From Glycera tridactyla (Eukaryota), in contig OZ286469.1 in assembly GCA_965644265.1 (NCBI GenBank), forward strand, positions 74,462,001-74,526,000: a stretch of DNA of 64,000 nt. The letters are read 5' to 3'. This document shows positions 48,787 to 61,600 of the stretch, piece by piece. The notes below the pieces were generated by a model. That model worked only from the letters and a program-made list of their open reading frames with translations. It searched no databases and was not told the DNA's origin. The position numbers were made by a program, and so were the translations under genes. Each line of letters opens with the position of its first letter. Position 1 is the first letter of the stretch.

Positions 48787-49441
48787 ATTGCATGTATGTG
48801 TTTTATCAGTTATGTTCATGGGCAGCAATGCAGAAAAATTGGTTTGACGTGATTATATATACCGTACCCTGTTTCATCCATCACACATAGATATCTCGTT
48901 AGTTTACCAAAGTATTAGATTTAGGAATAGAATCATGTACTGCATCATTTGTTGGTTTCTTCATGTGCAAAAATCACTTTTCGCAAGTGAAGGCTGTTCA
49001 AATAACTTCGATACAGAAACAATTCTTTGTTCTCTGCTAAAAAGCTGCATTTTTTGGCTAACTATTGTGTCTTTTTTCCTAAGAAGTTTCAAGTAATTCC
49101 CATCATTCTGCTTGAATATATTGATGGCATTCATTCAAGAATTCACCTGCATTTTTTTTTGTGAACTTCACAGAGTAAGAAACGTTAGCCACTCATTCAC
49201 CCAGGGCAGGTATCTTTCCTCGGTAGGTGGGTCCAGCATAGAGGATGTATGTGACCAATTTTAGGATGAAGTTGAATATGGATTAGGAATTCAGTCTCAG
49301 AATAGTCTTCTGTTCATAGTTTCACATTCATTGTCATCAAAGTCAGTTCATGATGATAGAAGCAATAATGATAGTCATAAAGTGGAGCCTGCAATGAGAG
49401 GAGTTCTGTGACAACTAACAGAGCCATCACGATTTCAAGTA

Positions 49442-49658
49442 CAGTCGAACCTGTCTATAAAGACCGCCTTCGGTCGCATCAAAAAGTGGTCTTTATGGGC
49501 TGGTGGTCTTTATAGAGAGGTCATTTACTGTTGAAAATACTACCACGGTTGCAGCTCAGGTGGTCTTTATAGAGAGGTCATTTACTGTTGAAAATACTAC
49601 CACGGTCGCAGCTCAGGTGGTCTTTATAGAGAGGTGGTCTTTAGAGCAGGTTCAACTG
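49442..49658. mobile_element. Tc1/mariner-type MITE family 2, with internal 57-bp tandem duplication
   Basis: ta|cagtcgaacct...aggttcaactg|ta; 57-bp unit starts at 49503 and 49560, partial at 49617. Confidence 0.82.
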
Positions 49659-50381
49659 TACACTTTTTCATCACATCTTCATCACATCATGAATATGTTT
49701 GTGATGAGTGAGAACTTCGAAAAATTTGAAGGGATGAAAACTGCTTGCTGGTTGCAGGTTCGACTGTAATGGCGATGAGGATAATTCACAAAAATGATCC
49801 GAATGATGATATTGTTCAGATATCTTACTTTAATAGGTGCAGTCTGTACTTTTGGGTTGTAATGTCAGTTTGTTGGTTGGAATTATACATGTTTCATCGA
49901 TGCACGCTCTCATGTAACAATATTTCTTGAATGATTGTCCTATGGTATGCTCTCACTATATGGAAGTGATTTTTTCTCAAGATCCTATTATTGAAAAACC
50001 CAAAGAAAGACACTCGATTGTTGGAATGTGTTTCTTTTTCCGCATGTTTCTGTCTTCGATATCATATTTGTAGATGAATAATCCAGTTATTACCAATTAA
50101 AACTAATCATTACTATCAGTTTATCAGATAGTTACCATCACAATATTGTTGTTACTCAACTTTTATTTGTTATGAATAAATAAAAATATTTTTTTCCTCT
50201 TATAGGTAAGCTGTTTTCATCATCAGAGATCTCTATGCCATACACAGAACTATGATAAATGTTTAAATTTCTTATATTTTTATTGTGAAAATGAAAGTAA
50301 TGTTGTAATATAAATGCATTGATAATTATTTTGTGATGCTTGATGCATTATGTTTCTATGAACTGTTGACAATGTTTTCAG

Positions 50382-50564
50382 GTGATAACCAAACACTGAT
50401 GGCAAAGCGGAAAATGGAATCAATTGTACCAATGGATAATCGAGAAGCGATCAAACTTTCGCGCTTTCCTGATGCACATCGTCCCGAGATACCTAGACCA
50501 CTGCCGATCGAAAGGGACGACTGGCCCGCACCCCCAGCTCCTGCCGCTGCATACCCAGAAATGC
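50382..50564 (+). CDS. ABLIM: ABLIM/UNC-115-like exon: (G)DNQTLMAKRKMESIVPMDNREAIKLSRFPDAHRPEIPRPLPIERDDWPAPPAPAAAYPEM
   Basis: ttttcag|GTGATA...ATGC|gtaagt; 183 nt, phase 1-1. REAIKLSRFP...IERDDWPAPP aligns by eye with the ABLIM/dematin linker motif IKFSKFPAA...KIETDHWPGPP as I recall it. Confidence 0.88.
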
Positions 50565-51345
50565 GTAAGTTGCTCTGATCCGAGTCCAATCATTGCTGAT
50601 AGTCTTTCTGGTTCCCCATCATCTTGTAATCAGGGATTGTGAGAGTGCATCCAGCTCTCATTGATCAGACACATGCAGCATCTATGATGCATCATCTTTT
50701 GGGTTGATACATGCAATTAAACTTCAACCACTCAATCAATCTGAGCCCAGTTGAATACCAGGGTTTAGTCAATCCAAATCTGGAAGTGAACTATGGTTGT
50801 AATTCTATATTGATGAGTTTTTCAACGAAACCTAGCTAATGATGTCGAAACTAGTTTGCAAAGCTACCACTGCCCTGTTGTACACATGATATTGGAAGTC
50901 ACTGCAATACATGATGCGAGCTGGCTGTGCAAATGAAACTGAGCATGAGACTACCAATTCTCCCTCTCCAAGCTGATATATTCTGACACACAGGGGAACC
51001 TACAATATATTATCATCCGATGTCGAGTCTTGCCTGTTGGTATGCATCGTTTTCCCGTACACCTCGGCGCCTGGGAGTAATCGTGAGAGCGTACCAGCTC
51101 TGAGCTGCTATTTTCATTTTTTGCGCTTAGATCACGTGATGTTTGTGTGTCAACGCTGATTGGTCATAAAACCAATCAAGTTCAAAGGTCAACTGGCAGT
51201 GACGCACATTCTATTGTCGCGTCACGGCAATAAACAAACCCTAATCTTAGTTGCCGTGAGTAACGCCGTGTGTAAAGTTACTCATTTATCTTGATCAACT
51301 GCATTAGAAAGGGATTCATTGGATGATAAATTCAGAATTCCACTC

Positions 51346-51470
51346 GTGCCTGGCACGTTGAGAGCGTACCCGCCTCGTATCAGTCCCAGGAAACGCAATT
51401 GTGGCCTCCGGACACTCGTGCATCCCCGGGGACCGCTACTCAGCCGGTACGCTCTCAACGCACCAGGCAC
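51346..51470. mobile_element. Short GC-rich fold-back element with 25-bp terminal inverted repeats
   Basis: gtgcctggcacgttgagagcgtacc ... ggtacgctctcaacgcaccaggcac (2 mismatches); partial related copy near 51068-51095; TSD unclear. Confidence 0.6.
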
Positions 51471-51494
51471 TCATGGCATTCTTTATAAATACTG

Positions 51495-51690
51495 TACACC
51501 TATGCTAAGCAGCCACCTGTCCTAAGCAGCCACTCTGATTTTCCTGTGATGTATTTACTCTGAAACTCGTCTGATATAAGCAGACACCTGTCCTAAGCAG
51601 CCACTCTGATTTTCCTCCGATGTATTTACTCTGAAACTCTTAAGCAGCATGGGGTCACATCTCATTTCCCGGATGGCTATCAACTCTCCT
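51495..51690. repeat. MITE-like repeat with 71-bp tandem unit (acctgtcctaagcagccactctgattttcc)
   Basis: Unit recurs at 51515 and 51586. Confidence 0.65.
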
Positions 51691-52035
51691 TAGCAGCCAC
51701 CCAGACATTTGCCAGTTTTTGAATTCAGACCCATTGTTGTGAATGGTAATATCTCTATCTATTCTAGTGAAAGAATAGAGCAGAAAAGGGCAAATTTCAA
51801 TGCAGATCTTTCCAATCCTTGTATCAGAAACTAGGGGGGGCAAACTAAACCATGAACACTAGTGTTTCTGCATCATTATTGTGCGTATTTTTCAGTTACA
51901 ACTTCATTATAGTGCCTCTGGAAGGTACTCTAGGGCTTTTGAGATACATTCCACCTGAAACCAGCTGTGACTTTCTGATGGGAGCATAATGAATTTTACT
52001 GCTATAATTACCAAAAATGATTTTCATTGTTGCAG

Positions 52036-52182
52036 TGTATGAAGGTCACTATCTAACTCGTGGTAAATCTGTAGAAGAACTTGAACAGGAGAAGGAGGAG
52101 AAAATAGACCCCAAAGTTCAGAAGGAGATTGAAGAATTAAGTAAAATCACAGACTCTGGCGTTGGAAAAGTTATCCTTAAAG
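52036..52182 (+). CDS. ABLIM: ABLIM-like exon: (L)YEGHYLTRGKSVEELEQEKEEKIDPKVQKEIEELSKITDSGVGKVILK
   Basis: cattgttgcag|TGTATG...AAAG|gtgagt; 147 nt; EELSKITDSGVGKVILK resembles ABLIM/dematin EEQLMKLNSGLGQLILKEEM (recalled). Confidence 0.9.
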
Positions 52183-52590
52183 GTGAGTGTGGCCCAAGAT
52201 GATACTTTTTTATTCACAAGATTTGTGATTTCCAGGTTGTAATATTTTTCAAACAAATGAAATCCAGTGACTTGTATATGATACTGTTTGTATCATCAGA
52301 ACAGATTCATGTTGGATTACTTAGTTATTCTGCATCAAAAATACTTCTCCTAGTGCTCAAAGTGGGAACAACATGGTCTTATGACCTTCCCTTAGCAAGC
52401 TCAATAAAGTTTTTAAAACTCAACTCAAACTTCTTTCCCTTATTATAAAACATACCTGAGCTTAAACCATTTTGGCATTTCAACATGGCTAGATCAAATC
52501 TGTTAATCATTTTGAAATTTTGTGAAATGCAGATATATACATGTAAAATTAAAAACAAAAGATGAAAACTTTCTTTCCACTTGTTTGCAG

Positions 52591-52707
52591 ATCTAGAAAG
52601 GAAAAAACATGGCTCACCTACACTGGATCCCCGTTCTGCATCTCGTGTACCATCTGCGAATAGAGAGCCTCATTTCAAAACCAGATACGAGTCCGCAGCA
52701 TTTGCTT
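52591..52707 (+). CDS. ABLIM: ABLIM-like exon: (D)LERKKHGSPTLDPRSASRVPSANREPHFKTRYESAAFA
   Basis: ttgtttgcag|ATCTAG...GCTT|gtaagt; 117 nt; LDPRSASR.PSA...RY motif recalled from invertebrate UNC-115. Confidence 0.88.
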
Positions 52708-54432
52708 GTAAGTATTGTGACTGGTGTAGCTAATGTAGCTATATAAGTGCGCCTTGTAGCGGGTGTGTATATGTGTGCGTGCATGCGTGGCGGTGGTGGA
52801 TGTAGATATGTGCGGCATATGTGTGCGTGAGAATGGGTGTTGTAGATGAAACCTCTCATCTTCCTATCATTGCTCAAACGTTTGATCGGCTGTATCACAG
52901 CACACTTCTATCAGCTGTGAGTTGATTTACATGTTGTTTTGGATCTCCTATGTACATAAATCCCAATACTATTATTGTTTGGATTCTGTTATTGGTAAGA
53001 AATACTTTTGAATGTATTGATTAAAAAAACAGGATACCAAACTCTTTTGGTACTCTTAGGAACCTTAGAATGCAAACATTGAATTCATATCCCACACCAT
53101 GAGGGTTCCTGTTAAAATGATATATAAAATACATAATCTGATAATTAGAATTTCCAGTTGATAGAAGTGACATTCTGAGAATGATATGAAGATGAGTTAT
53201 TTGGGAAGAAATTAATGGTCATAACTTTTGCAGGGATTGATAAGAAAATATATCCTGATTAACAACTACGTATACAGTATGAATATAGCACAAACTTTGA
53301 TTTAGTCTTGTGAGGTGTGTTGGAAGTGCACTTTACACAGTTATTTGCTAAGAAATTGTATAGCATAAGGAAAGATGGGAATATATCAAGTGTGTAAGTA
53401 TTCTGAATTTGAGGGTGAATATTAAATTATAATATTTGCCATTTTATTTCTGTGTGGATATAGCTTTCTTCATTATACTAAATAAGTATTTAGTTTAGAA
53501 CCATCATTGTAAGCCTCTCTATTGTACATACTTTCTTTGTTCTGTAATACAAATTACATGTATCTATTGATATTCTCAGTATTGTGTGGAATTAATGTGT
53601 AGCTTGTAGACCTCCTCATCTCAAAAACTATTTTGATCAAATTAATATCTCTCTTTTTATCCGTTCCCAATACTTGGTGTGAAATTACAAGCTTGCTTTT
53701 TTGGCCACATGTTTGATATCCTTGGAATGATGATTGGCTGGGGGTGTTTTTTTTTATTGATATTGAATTTGCACCTGCACCCCACACTGAGTACCTGCAC
53801 ATAGGCTACATTTTGGATCTAGGATTATGCATATTGGGTATAGATCTGTAAAGTCTGTCACTGTTTCCATAACAAAAGAAACAATAAGTGCAAGGTAACA
53901 TCATTTCTTTGACTGTGAGTCATCTGTTTCCATTGTTAGCTCCCTTTTGAAATTGTTCTCATCGCATATCTAATATTCCATCTCCGAGTATGACATATCC
54001 AGATCATCTGAGTTCATTTTTTATCGAGGCTAGTTTATGGCTTAATTTTTTTATGGGCAGTGATAGGTTTGATCTTTGCACCATTTTGTGCAGGGCCTTC
54101 TCACAGAAGTTTTCAAGATCAGCAATATGTAGACAATGATTATACACTGAACCTAGAATCATTGTTAGTTACACTTATTGGTGAACCTAGATAATACTTG
54201 AGCCCATATTGGTGAATTCACATAATTATTAAAATGTTTGCTCCACACCTATGTAACAAAGTTCAGCCTTGCCACAATTTAACTATTGGGACACCACAAT
54301 AATGATAGAACCTATACTAGTACACTCACGTAAGACTTTGCCTGTTATCAGCATACTGACAGACAGTCAAACCATTGTTAGTATACTTTCATAGCAATTA
54401 AAATATTATTAGTTCACTGTTATCATTTAGAA

Positions 54433-54702
54433 CAGGGATGTGATTCTTCCGCGGAATTCCGTGTTTTCGGTGACAATCAGCAGGCCATGTACATGACAGC
54501 AAAGAGCCTTCTCTGCTGAGTATTTTGGCTTTTGGATCATGAAAATCAGACCAGTATTAGTGGAGATAGAGCACAATGTTTGTATGGAGTTCTGGTAGCC
54601 TTCATTCACCAGTTGTTTGGGTTTCTTGATCCACAAAATCTTAGTGTAAGTGCTCCCGGTCCAGTTTTCAGTGTTTTCGTTTGTGAGCTAATCACATCCC
54701 TG
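54433..54702. mobile_element. MITE family 1, full-length copy
   Basis: cagggatgtgatt...atcacatccctg flanked by a 7-bp direct repeat tttagaa (54426-54432, 54703-54709). Confidence 0.88.
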
Positions 54703-55989
54703 TTTAGAATGATACCAGCACCCCTACATGACAATATACCCCAGTATCATAATTGAACTTATACCTTTCTCCCTTCATAAAACTTGACCTGTTATCAAAT
54801 TTTAGTATATTCACAATGATGGTTGTATTACTAATATCCTTGTTCTCGTCATGGAGAAATAGTCATTACAACCCCCAGACGAATGAATAAATCAAAAAAA
54901 AAAATTACTTTCAGTACTTACTGTTGAAGATTCCTTAGTACACTTAGCTAAGATTTTAGAATTGGAAAGACAAATGAAATGTCCTCAGTGCATCTATTCA
55001 CGAATTGATACGCTCACATAAACTGCAATCAGTCTTATGCAGCAAGATATTTCATCAAGATCTATTATGGTCAATTGGTTTGGATGAAATATAGTACATC
55101 TGATGAACTCCAGCATTGCTTCAGAAGCTCTTAGCAAGATGGCACTGTGTATTTTGCCATGCTTTCTCAAATAGTCAAATATAGTCCAGCCAATTTTTCT
55201 AGGGGGGAGGGGAGAGTTGGGCCGTTCTGAACTATGTTGATTTTGAAACCAATTGGTAAAATTGATAATTATGGTGAAACAATGCCAATTGGAGCTTTTC
55301 CCTCTTGACTTTTGCTGATTTCATTCAAATATTAGTTCAATCTATTCAACAGTTTTTCAACTCAGTTTGTTTTTTGTCTGTACATTTCTGAAAATCTATA
55401 TGAAGCTCATAAGCTTTATGTAGTTTTGGCCACAGAAAATCTTCAAGTCACTTGTGATGAGCAAAATAATATCATGATAGATTTCAAGAATCAGGTCATG
55501 TCCAAGTTAATGAAATGTTTCAGTCTTACTATCAGCATCTGCTTATGGTGTCATTCGATATTATGTAATTTGTCTGTGGCCAAATTGATTCATTTAGTCT
55601 CATCTGCTTGAAATTGCATTGTGAAATTTGCAGGTAAAAGGTCCCTTGAACTTCTTTGAATTTGCTTGATTTGCATAATTCTCAATATGAATAGATGCTC
55701 TTTTCATTCTAGCTAAGAAAAAGTTACCTCCTGTTCTCAGACGTGGGATGTTCCCTGGTATGTTCATTACAAAGATAGGATTCACATAGTTAATGTTCTT
55801 TCAGACTTCTTCAAATTCTGACATGAATGTCAGATTGTTCAAGTTTACTGAATTACTTGTTAATGGAGCCATGATATTGTTACAACTAACATACAAAAGT
55901 CAGATTACGTTAAGTCAGTTGTGTCTCATATCAGCAATCTGATTGTCCAGTAGATCTGCAAATTTCCATTTTCGTACCATATGTGCAGC

Positions 55990-56190
55990 AGTCATTCAGA
56001 GAAGAGCATTTTATGCTGAATAATTTTGCTTTTAGATCATGAAAAACAGAATTAGTGAAGATAGAGCACTGAGATCTGAGTTATACTAGCCAATAGTAAG
56101 CAGTTCTTTGGGTTTTTATCCCAAAAATCTTGGGTGACAAGAGCCTCTGGCAAGTTTTCAGAGGTTTTTGTTCAGACAATTATATCCATG
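55990..56190. mobile_element. MITE family 1, highly decayed internal fragment
   Basis: ttttgcttttagatcatgaaaa...attagtgaagatagagcac...ccaaaaatcttgg matches the family interior; no TIRs seen. Confidence 0.55.
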
Positions 56191-56374
56191 CAAGTGATTT
56201 GGGCAGGGAAAAACTTAGTAATGGTTGCCATTGAATATGGAATTTGATACTGTTTAGTCACCATTGACACTAGCCTGTACATCACTATCACTCTATTTGA
56301 TAAAATGGTTCATATTTCCTAAAGTCTCACTGATAATATATTTCAAAAGCATAATTTCATCGAATTGTGCTACT

Positions 56375-56520
56375 TCATAGTTTGGGATTCTTTCTGCTCA
56401 TCTTCCAATGACAAAGATTTGTAGTCAACCATTATGCATTCTGAAAATAATGAGAACTGATGCTCGAGGCCTTTTAACCAGGAAATATTCCATTGCTGCA
56501 TGTGGGTCGTAAAACAGTGC
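56375..56520 (-). pseudogene. Possible decayed non-LTR retrotransposon ORF2 C-terminal fragment
   Basis: Minus frame reads ...RASVLIIFRMHNG*LQIFVIGR*AERIPNYE, loosely like the FRxxNHxLxIExGRWxxIP motif of invertebrate LINE ORF2 tails; contains stops. Confidence 0.35.
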
Positions 56521-56955
56521 AGCATTGGAGTACTTGGGAGTACTTTATTTCCTTCATTTTGATGAAATTACATCGAGGGTAATAAGTGAGAGATTACTTG
56601 TATATGGAACATTATTTTACAATGAGGAATAAGTGACTAATCCTAGATGGGCTTCAAATGTTTCGTGCTGCATGACTGAAGACTAGCCACAGCTTGTACT
56701 AAAACATTTCTCTTCTCCTCCAAAATCTTCTGTTTTTTTTTCCAACAGGTATAGCAGGGAAATCACCTGCTTAAAGGTTTATTTTTCAGATAAAATGTCA
56801 TCTCAAGAAAAAAAAATCACCAGGTTTATTATATGGGAAGAGTGTCAGCAGTGTGGATAATAATGTATTGTGTACAAATTATGTATTTGGGTCATTGTGG
56901 GTGATGATAAGGGTGGCCTAGATTTTATACGTTGGATGCCCATTCTGCCACACAG

Positions 56956-57063
56956 CGCCCTCTAGAGATCTGGATTATCGACCACGTCTACACTCGATGG
57001 ATGACGAGATTATCAGCAATATCAAATACCGCAACACTACTCTTCCTATTTCAAATTTTCCGG
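56956..57063 (+). CDS. ABLIM: ABLIM-like exon: (S)PSRDLDYRPRLHSMDDEIISNIKYRNTTLPISNFP
   Basis: ccacacag|CGCCCT...CCGG|gtaagt; 108 nt; splicing gives ...RYESAAFA-SPSR, a family-typical junction. Confidence 0.85.
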
Positions 57064-58133
57064 GTAAGTCTTGGTGCCCTGTCCCTTTCTACTGCTTAGC
57101 TGTGGCTCTGTGTTCTGGCACTGCAGACCGCAGTCGATGTCTAGGTGTAGTCCAGTGCCGCCCTCTACAGCTGCTCCCAGTCACCAAAAATGTAAACGAT
57201 TCATTCACCCACCTTCATGAGATAACATTCATATAATCCCATGTCTCATTATCTATGATGCATTATTCATATCACTCATGCACACAACTCAGGCTTACCA
57301 GAACGGTTCCTTTAAGAAATTTGCAATACATAGCATAATCAAGATTCCTCTCATTTCATGATATTATGGCCATGATGCCTACATGCTGTGATGCCTGGTG
57401 GCAGAACATTCTGGACCTATGGTTGTTGCACATGTATGGCAAGATGATTATAGTGGTGAGATTATATCATGATCTTTAACATGCCCCACCCTTGTATCTG
57501 ATAATATCAGAACAATACAAAGTTTATTACACCTCCTGAAACCTGAAAATAAACTTATAATGATTCGATGTACTAATGAGGGATATTGGACAGTTGCCAA
57601 CATAAAACACTATGGTGAATGAGAAGACAAAACAGATCCTGGAAGGACTTCTCACTGATGGTGGTGCTTTTCACAGATCCAGGTCGTGTTTCCAGATAAA
57701 TTATGATGATTAGATTAGTATGACTTCTAAAGAGAGTCTTTTGGGGTGGTCACAATGGCCTTTTTTGTGAAACCCCTATGATCGGAAGGTTGGTTGTTCG
57801 ATCCAGCATTGTTATCATAGTGAAAATATGCGAGCTTCGCCTCAAAAGCCAGGGACTTTCACAGTGCATGTGCACCTTGTACTCAGTGAGTGCAGATATT
57901 TCGAGGACAAAATGACAAGGGATGGTCAAACCTGAAAGAAGCAATGAAACCACATCATTTCTCTGATTCTGTATCATATATAACTGCAAGACCAGTCTCC
58001 AGGCTATGGAATAGGTGTGCTTAGTTCCCATGATTTTCTGCTACTGAAAGCATCCATGATAGTTGTCTAGTATGCTGAGAAAAGCCATGGAGACCTGATT
58101 TATCGCCTTTAGGACTCTGTTGATGGGCTTTAC

Positions 58134-58672
58134 CAGAGCTGCATCCAGGCCGCGCCTTGGCGGGATTTACGCGAAAAAACGAACATTGGCGCGATTCGAA
58201 TATGACTGTGCGCCAACTGCTACGCATTTGTCGAAATATCCACGCGATCTGACTTGTAAACTGCGCCACGAACCTGTATCATATCACGTTTAATCGGATA
58301 AAATCCGTCGAGATGACTCGCAGCAGCGGTGCGAAGACGACGGCGATTTGTTTTCTCGATTCTGATTGGCTCGTAGAAAGGTCACCGATCGATCTCGGCC
58401 AATCAGCGAGCACGTTTCAAATGGCTTCAAACTGCGCAGTTCGCTGAATATCCGTCAGATGGCGAACATTCACCGAATGAAACGACTTTTTGCAGCGCCA
58501 CCCCATATTCCGCGGCGATAGTCGGAACTAATGGTGGGTTGGAGAAGGATCACGTTTTTGGCGGGAAAAAATTCGTTGGCCCCATTTTTCAAAATTGGCG
58601 CAATTATTTCATGGATAGGGGCCAATTGGCCCGATATTGGCCCCACTTGATGAACTCCTGGATGCTGCTCTG
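58134..58672. mobile_element. CpG-rich TIR element, family 4 (TIR CAGAGC[T/A]GCATCCAGG), imperfect 6-bp TSD
   Basis: 16-bp TIR with 1 mismatch; flanks ctttac (58128-58133) and cttcac (58673-58678). Confidence 0.8.
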
Positions 58673-61600
58673 CTTCACATGTACTTGTTGCTGGTGATGG
58701 TTGCGTTCACTCTGCACAAACACTATTTGCATATGTATACATTACACTGGCCATAAAGCTTCAGCAAACAATTTCTTTGTGTACAGTGTAATAATGGGCA
58801 CTGATGCATATTGCTTCAGTTGTGTGATGGTATAGCAATAACACCTCATAGAGTGGTGAGGATCAAAGGGTCATGTAATTTGGAGCAGTTGGCCGGTTTT
58901 GTGATCAGATCGCTATCTGGTTTCTAATTGTTGAGAGATACATAGTGCAAAACTCAGCAAGTGATTTGCCAACCCTTCCAGGTCATGCGGTCCTCCCACC
59001 TCCAACACACAAGGATGCGTTCTTGCTTTTATCCCACAGTCAAATTGACTATATGCAGTAAGCTGATATAGGACAATATGCTATGTTCACTATCCACACA
59101 TCACAAGAATTCATGGGCCTGTTCCTCATGGGTTCTAGCATATTCTTGGTATTATAGCTGCCAGATTAGTATGAATCTTCACATTGCTTTTGATTCATCA
59201 CAAAACTCATAGTTGGTTTTTCTAATCATGTGTCATTCAGAGAAACATTCACACCATTTCCTTTTCACCATGCTGGAGATGTATCCTAGTGTATGCAAAT
59301 GAAGCATGTCAGCAATATCCAGAGTCTGTCTGTCTGTCTGTCCATCTGTCCAGTTTTCTCTCATTAGACACATCAAAGCAGTTCCGAGACAGCATTTCCT
59401 GGCTCACAAGAAAATAGATTCTGCGACTCTGTGATAGTCACCACACTTTGACTCCCTGGAATGATTGCAAGTCTTGAGTCTTGCAAATTCTGCAGTTAGC
59501 TTTTCATTTTTGAAGCAAGTTCACTTAAGGACAAATCAGAGTTGTTATAATTTGATGTAGGGTATTTGATGATGTGGGATACTTCTAATAAATGATTCAT
59601 GGGACCTAGGTTGGAATAATGTCTCTATCCAATCCATGCAGCCAATCATGCATAAGGACTGGTTGATTGACTCTGTTCAATGCAATATGCATTTCAGTTT
59701 TCACGTCAATTTCTTACTTTAAATTCCTTGGAAAGATATTCTAAAGATGAATTTTCTGTTTTGAATATATGTATACAAAAGCATATAATATTCATGATGG
59801 ATGTTTGAGGATGCAGTTTACTTTGAGGATGCTAAAGTTTTGATTTCATATCCTCTCCCTTGAGATCTTGTAATATTTAGCCATATTTGTTGAAAGTATG
59901 ACTATTTTCGCATGATCTAATATCAAGCATTCATCATTGAAACTATGAATAGACTGCAGTTTTCTTTGAAAATATGAGTATTCTACAGTATTTGTTGAAA
60001 GTGTGAATATTATGCAGTATTGAATAAAATCATGAAAATCCTGACAAGTTTGTAAGAACACAACAGTGAATTTTCTGCAGCCATATTTGTTGGAAGTATG
60101 ATAGCAGTTCTGTCTTCATGTGGCCAGGAAGTGTTTGTCTCTGACGAATGTTAATAAAAAATCTCACGCTACTTCACTGATTTTATCTATATGATTCTCA
60201 TTTATAAATTATAGAAATATAATCCGAACATAACCTTTCCAGCAATGTACTCCTGAGGACTATTTCACTTGAGATTGGGTGCAATCAGAATCTGAGTGAG
60301 TGCTTTCAGTTGCTGTGGGTTTCAGAAAGAACCAAGGCATTTGAGAGCTGTGGCCCTCAATTTTGAAGGCATCCAATCAATCTAGTGAAATGAAACCCCA
60401 ATATTTAAGATCTCCTGATCCTGAATAGTCCCAACATTACCACCATAATACTGAATGTCACCAATTCAAACGTTACCCCACCCCATTGTTTATGAACAAA
60501 AAATGAATAGTGGCTGTAGAGTTTATGCTAGTCATTGAAGCAGTCCTAGAGTATTATAGGGTCACCTCTTCTCTGCCCATTTCACTGAAGTTGTGGGTAC
60601 TCCCAGTTGGAAGTAGGTGCTTGCTGTTGGGATGGTTTCACAGTTGCTCAAAGCACCTACACCTCTTCTGAGTCTGCTTCCACATCAGTGAAATGATCCC
60701 TATTTTCTTTTTTCTTTTTTTTCAGCGTAGTTGATTCGATCTTTAGGTTATTTTGTTCCAAGACACTGCTTTCGATGATCTGATTTTGAAGCACATTGAA
60801 TGACTAGTATTGTCTAAATGTTCTTCTTTGAGGCTAGCATTATCTTTCTTATATCACAGTAGGTTCTACACATTCTTTACATCTTTGCTTGATGCTGGTG
60901 ATATTCAGATAGGATTGATGCAGAACTTTCTCCAGATTCTGAGACTTTATAAGCTTAGGATTGCATTTCTATAGAATGTATTGCCGAGTGAATACCTCTT
61001 TTTCTGTGGGAAGGTTTCCCTTACTTTCTACAATAAGGAATATTGGGGATCTTTGATTGTGTGCAGTGGCTGCTGATCCATCAGCACATTTTTGGGAGAA
61101 ATGCAATATTTTCGAAGATATGTATAGACTTATTATTGTGGCATGTATTTCGAATCCATCCACCCTATCTCTGATTGTACATTCAATAAGATTTCCTCCA
61201 TCAATATTCCTTCACCACTATGAGCATTTACATTCAGTACTGGATATGATTACATATTATCAGGTTTGAAACTCTGGAAAATGTAAACTTTCCCTCGCGA
61301 GGATTGCGAGTAGATGGATTCTGAAGTCAGGCCATTATTGCAACTTATACATACTTGAGCGAAAGAAAGTGTAAATAACTGTACAATCATCATTCTGCCT
61401 AAGTTAGTACCTACTTTCCTGTTCGAGATTAAGCCTCCACAAACTTTATACTGTACGAATCCGACTTTCTGCATCTGAAAATGAGTATAGTGGCATGGTC
61501 AATTGATTTTGCTCAGCCACCATCGGAGACGGGCGCCCTTTGTGAGTAGCCAAGCATTTGTATCAGGTGTTCCTGAAACTGGGCTCATTAAAAGTTATTT

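Noticed and set aside
57765-57815. B-box-like gttcgatcc suggesting a tRNA gene or tRNA-derived SINE
   Set aside because: No cloverleaf or convincing A-box; insufficient for a call.
59880-60105. Degenerate repeats about 100 bp apart (atatttgttgaaagtatga)
   Set aside because: Decayed minisatellite-like sequence; no further structure seen.
60300-60680. CGFQKE string resembling the LINE reverse-transcriptase QCGFRKG motif
   Set aside because: Isolated short match with no continuous frame.
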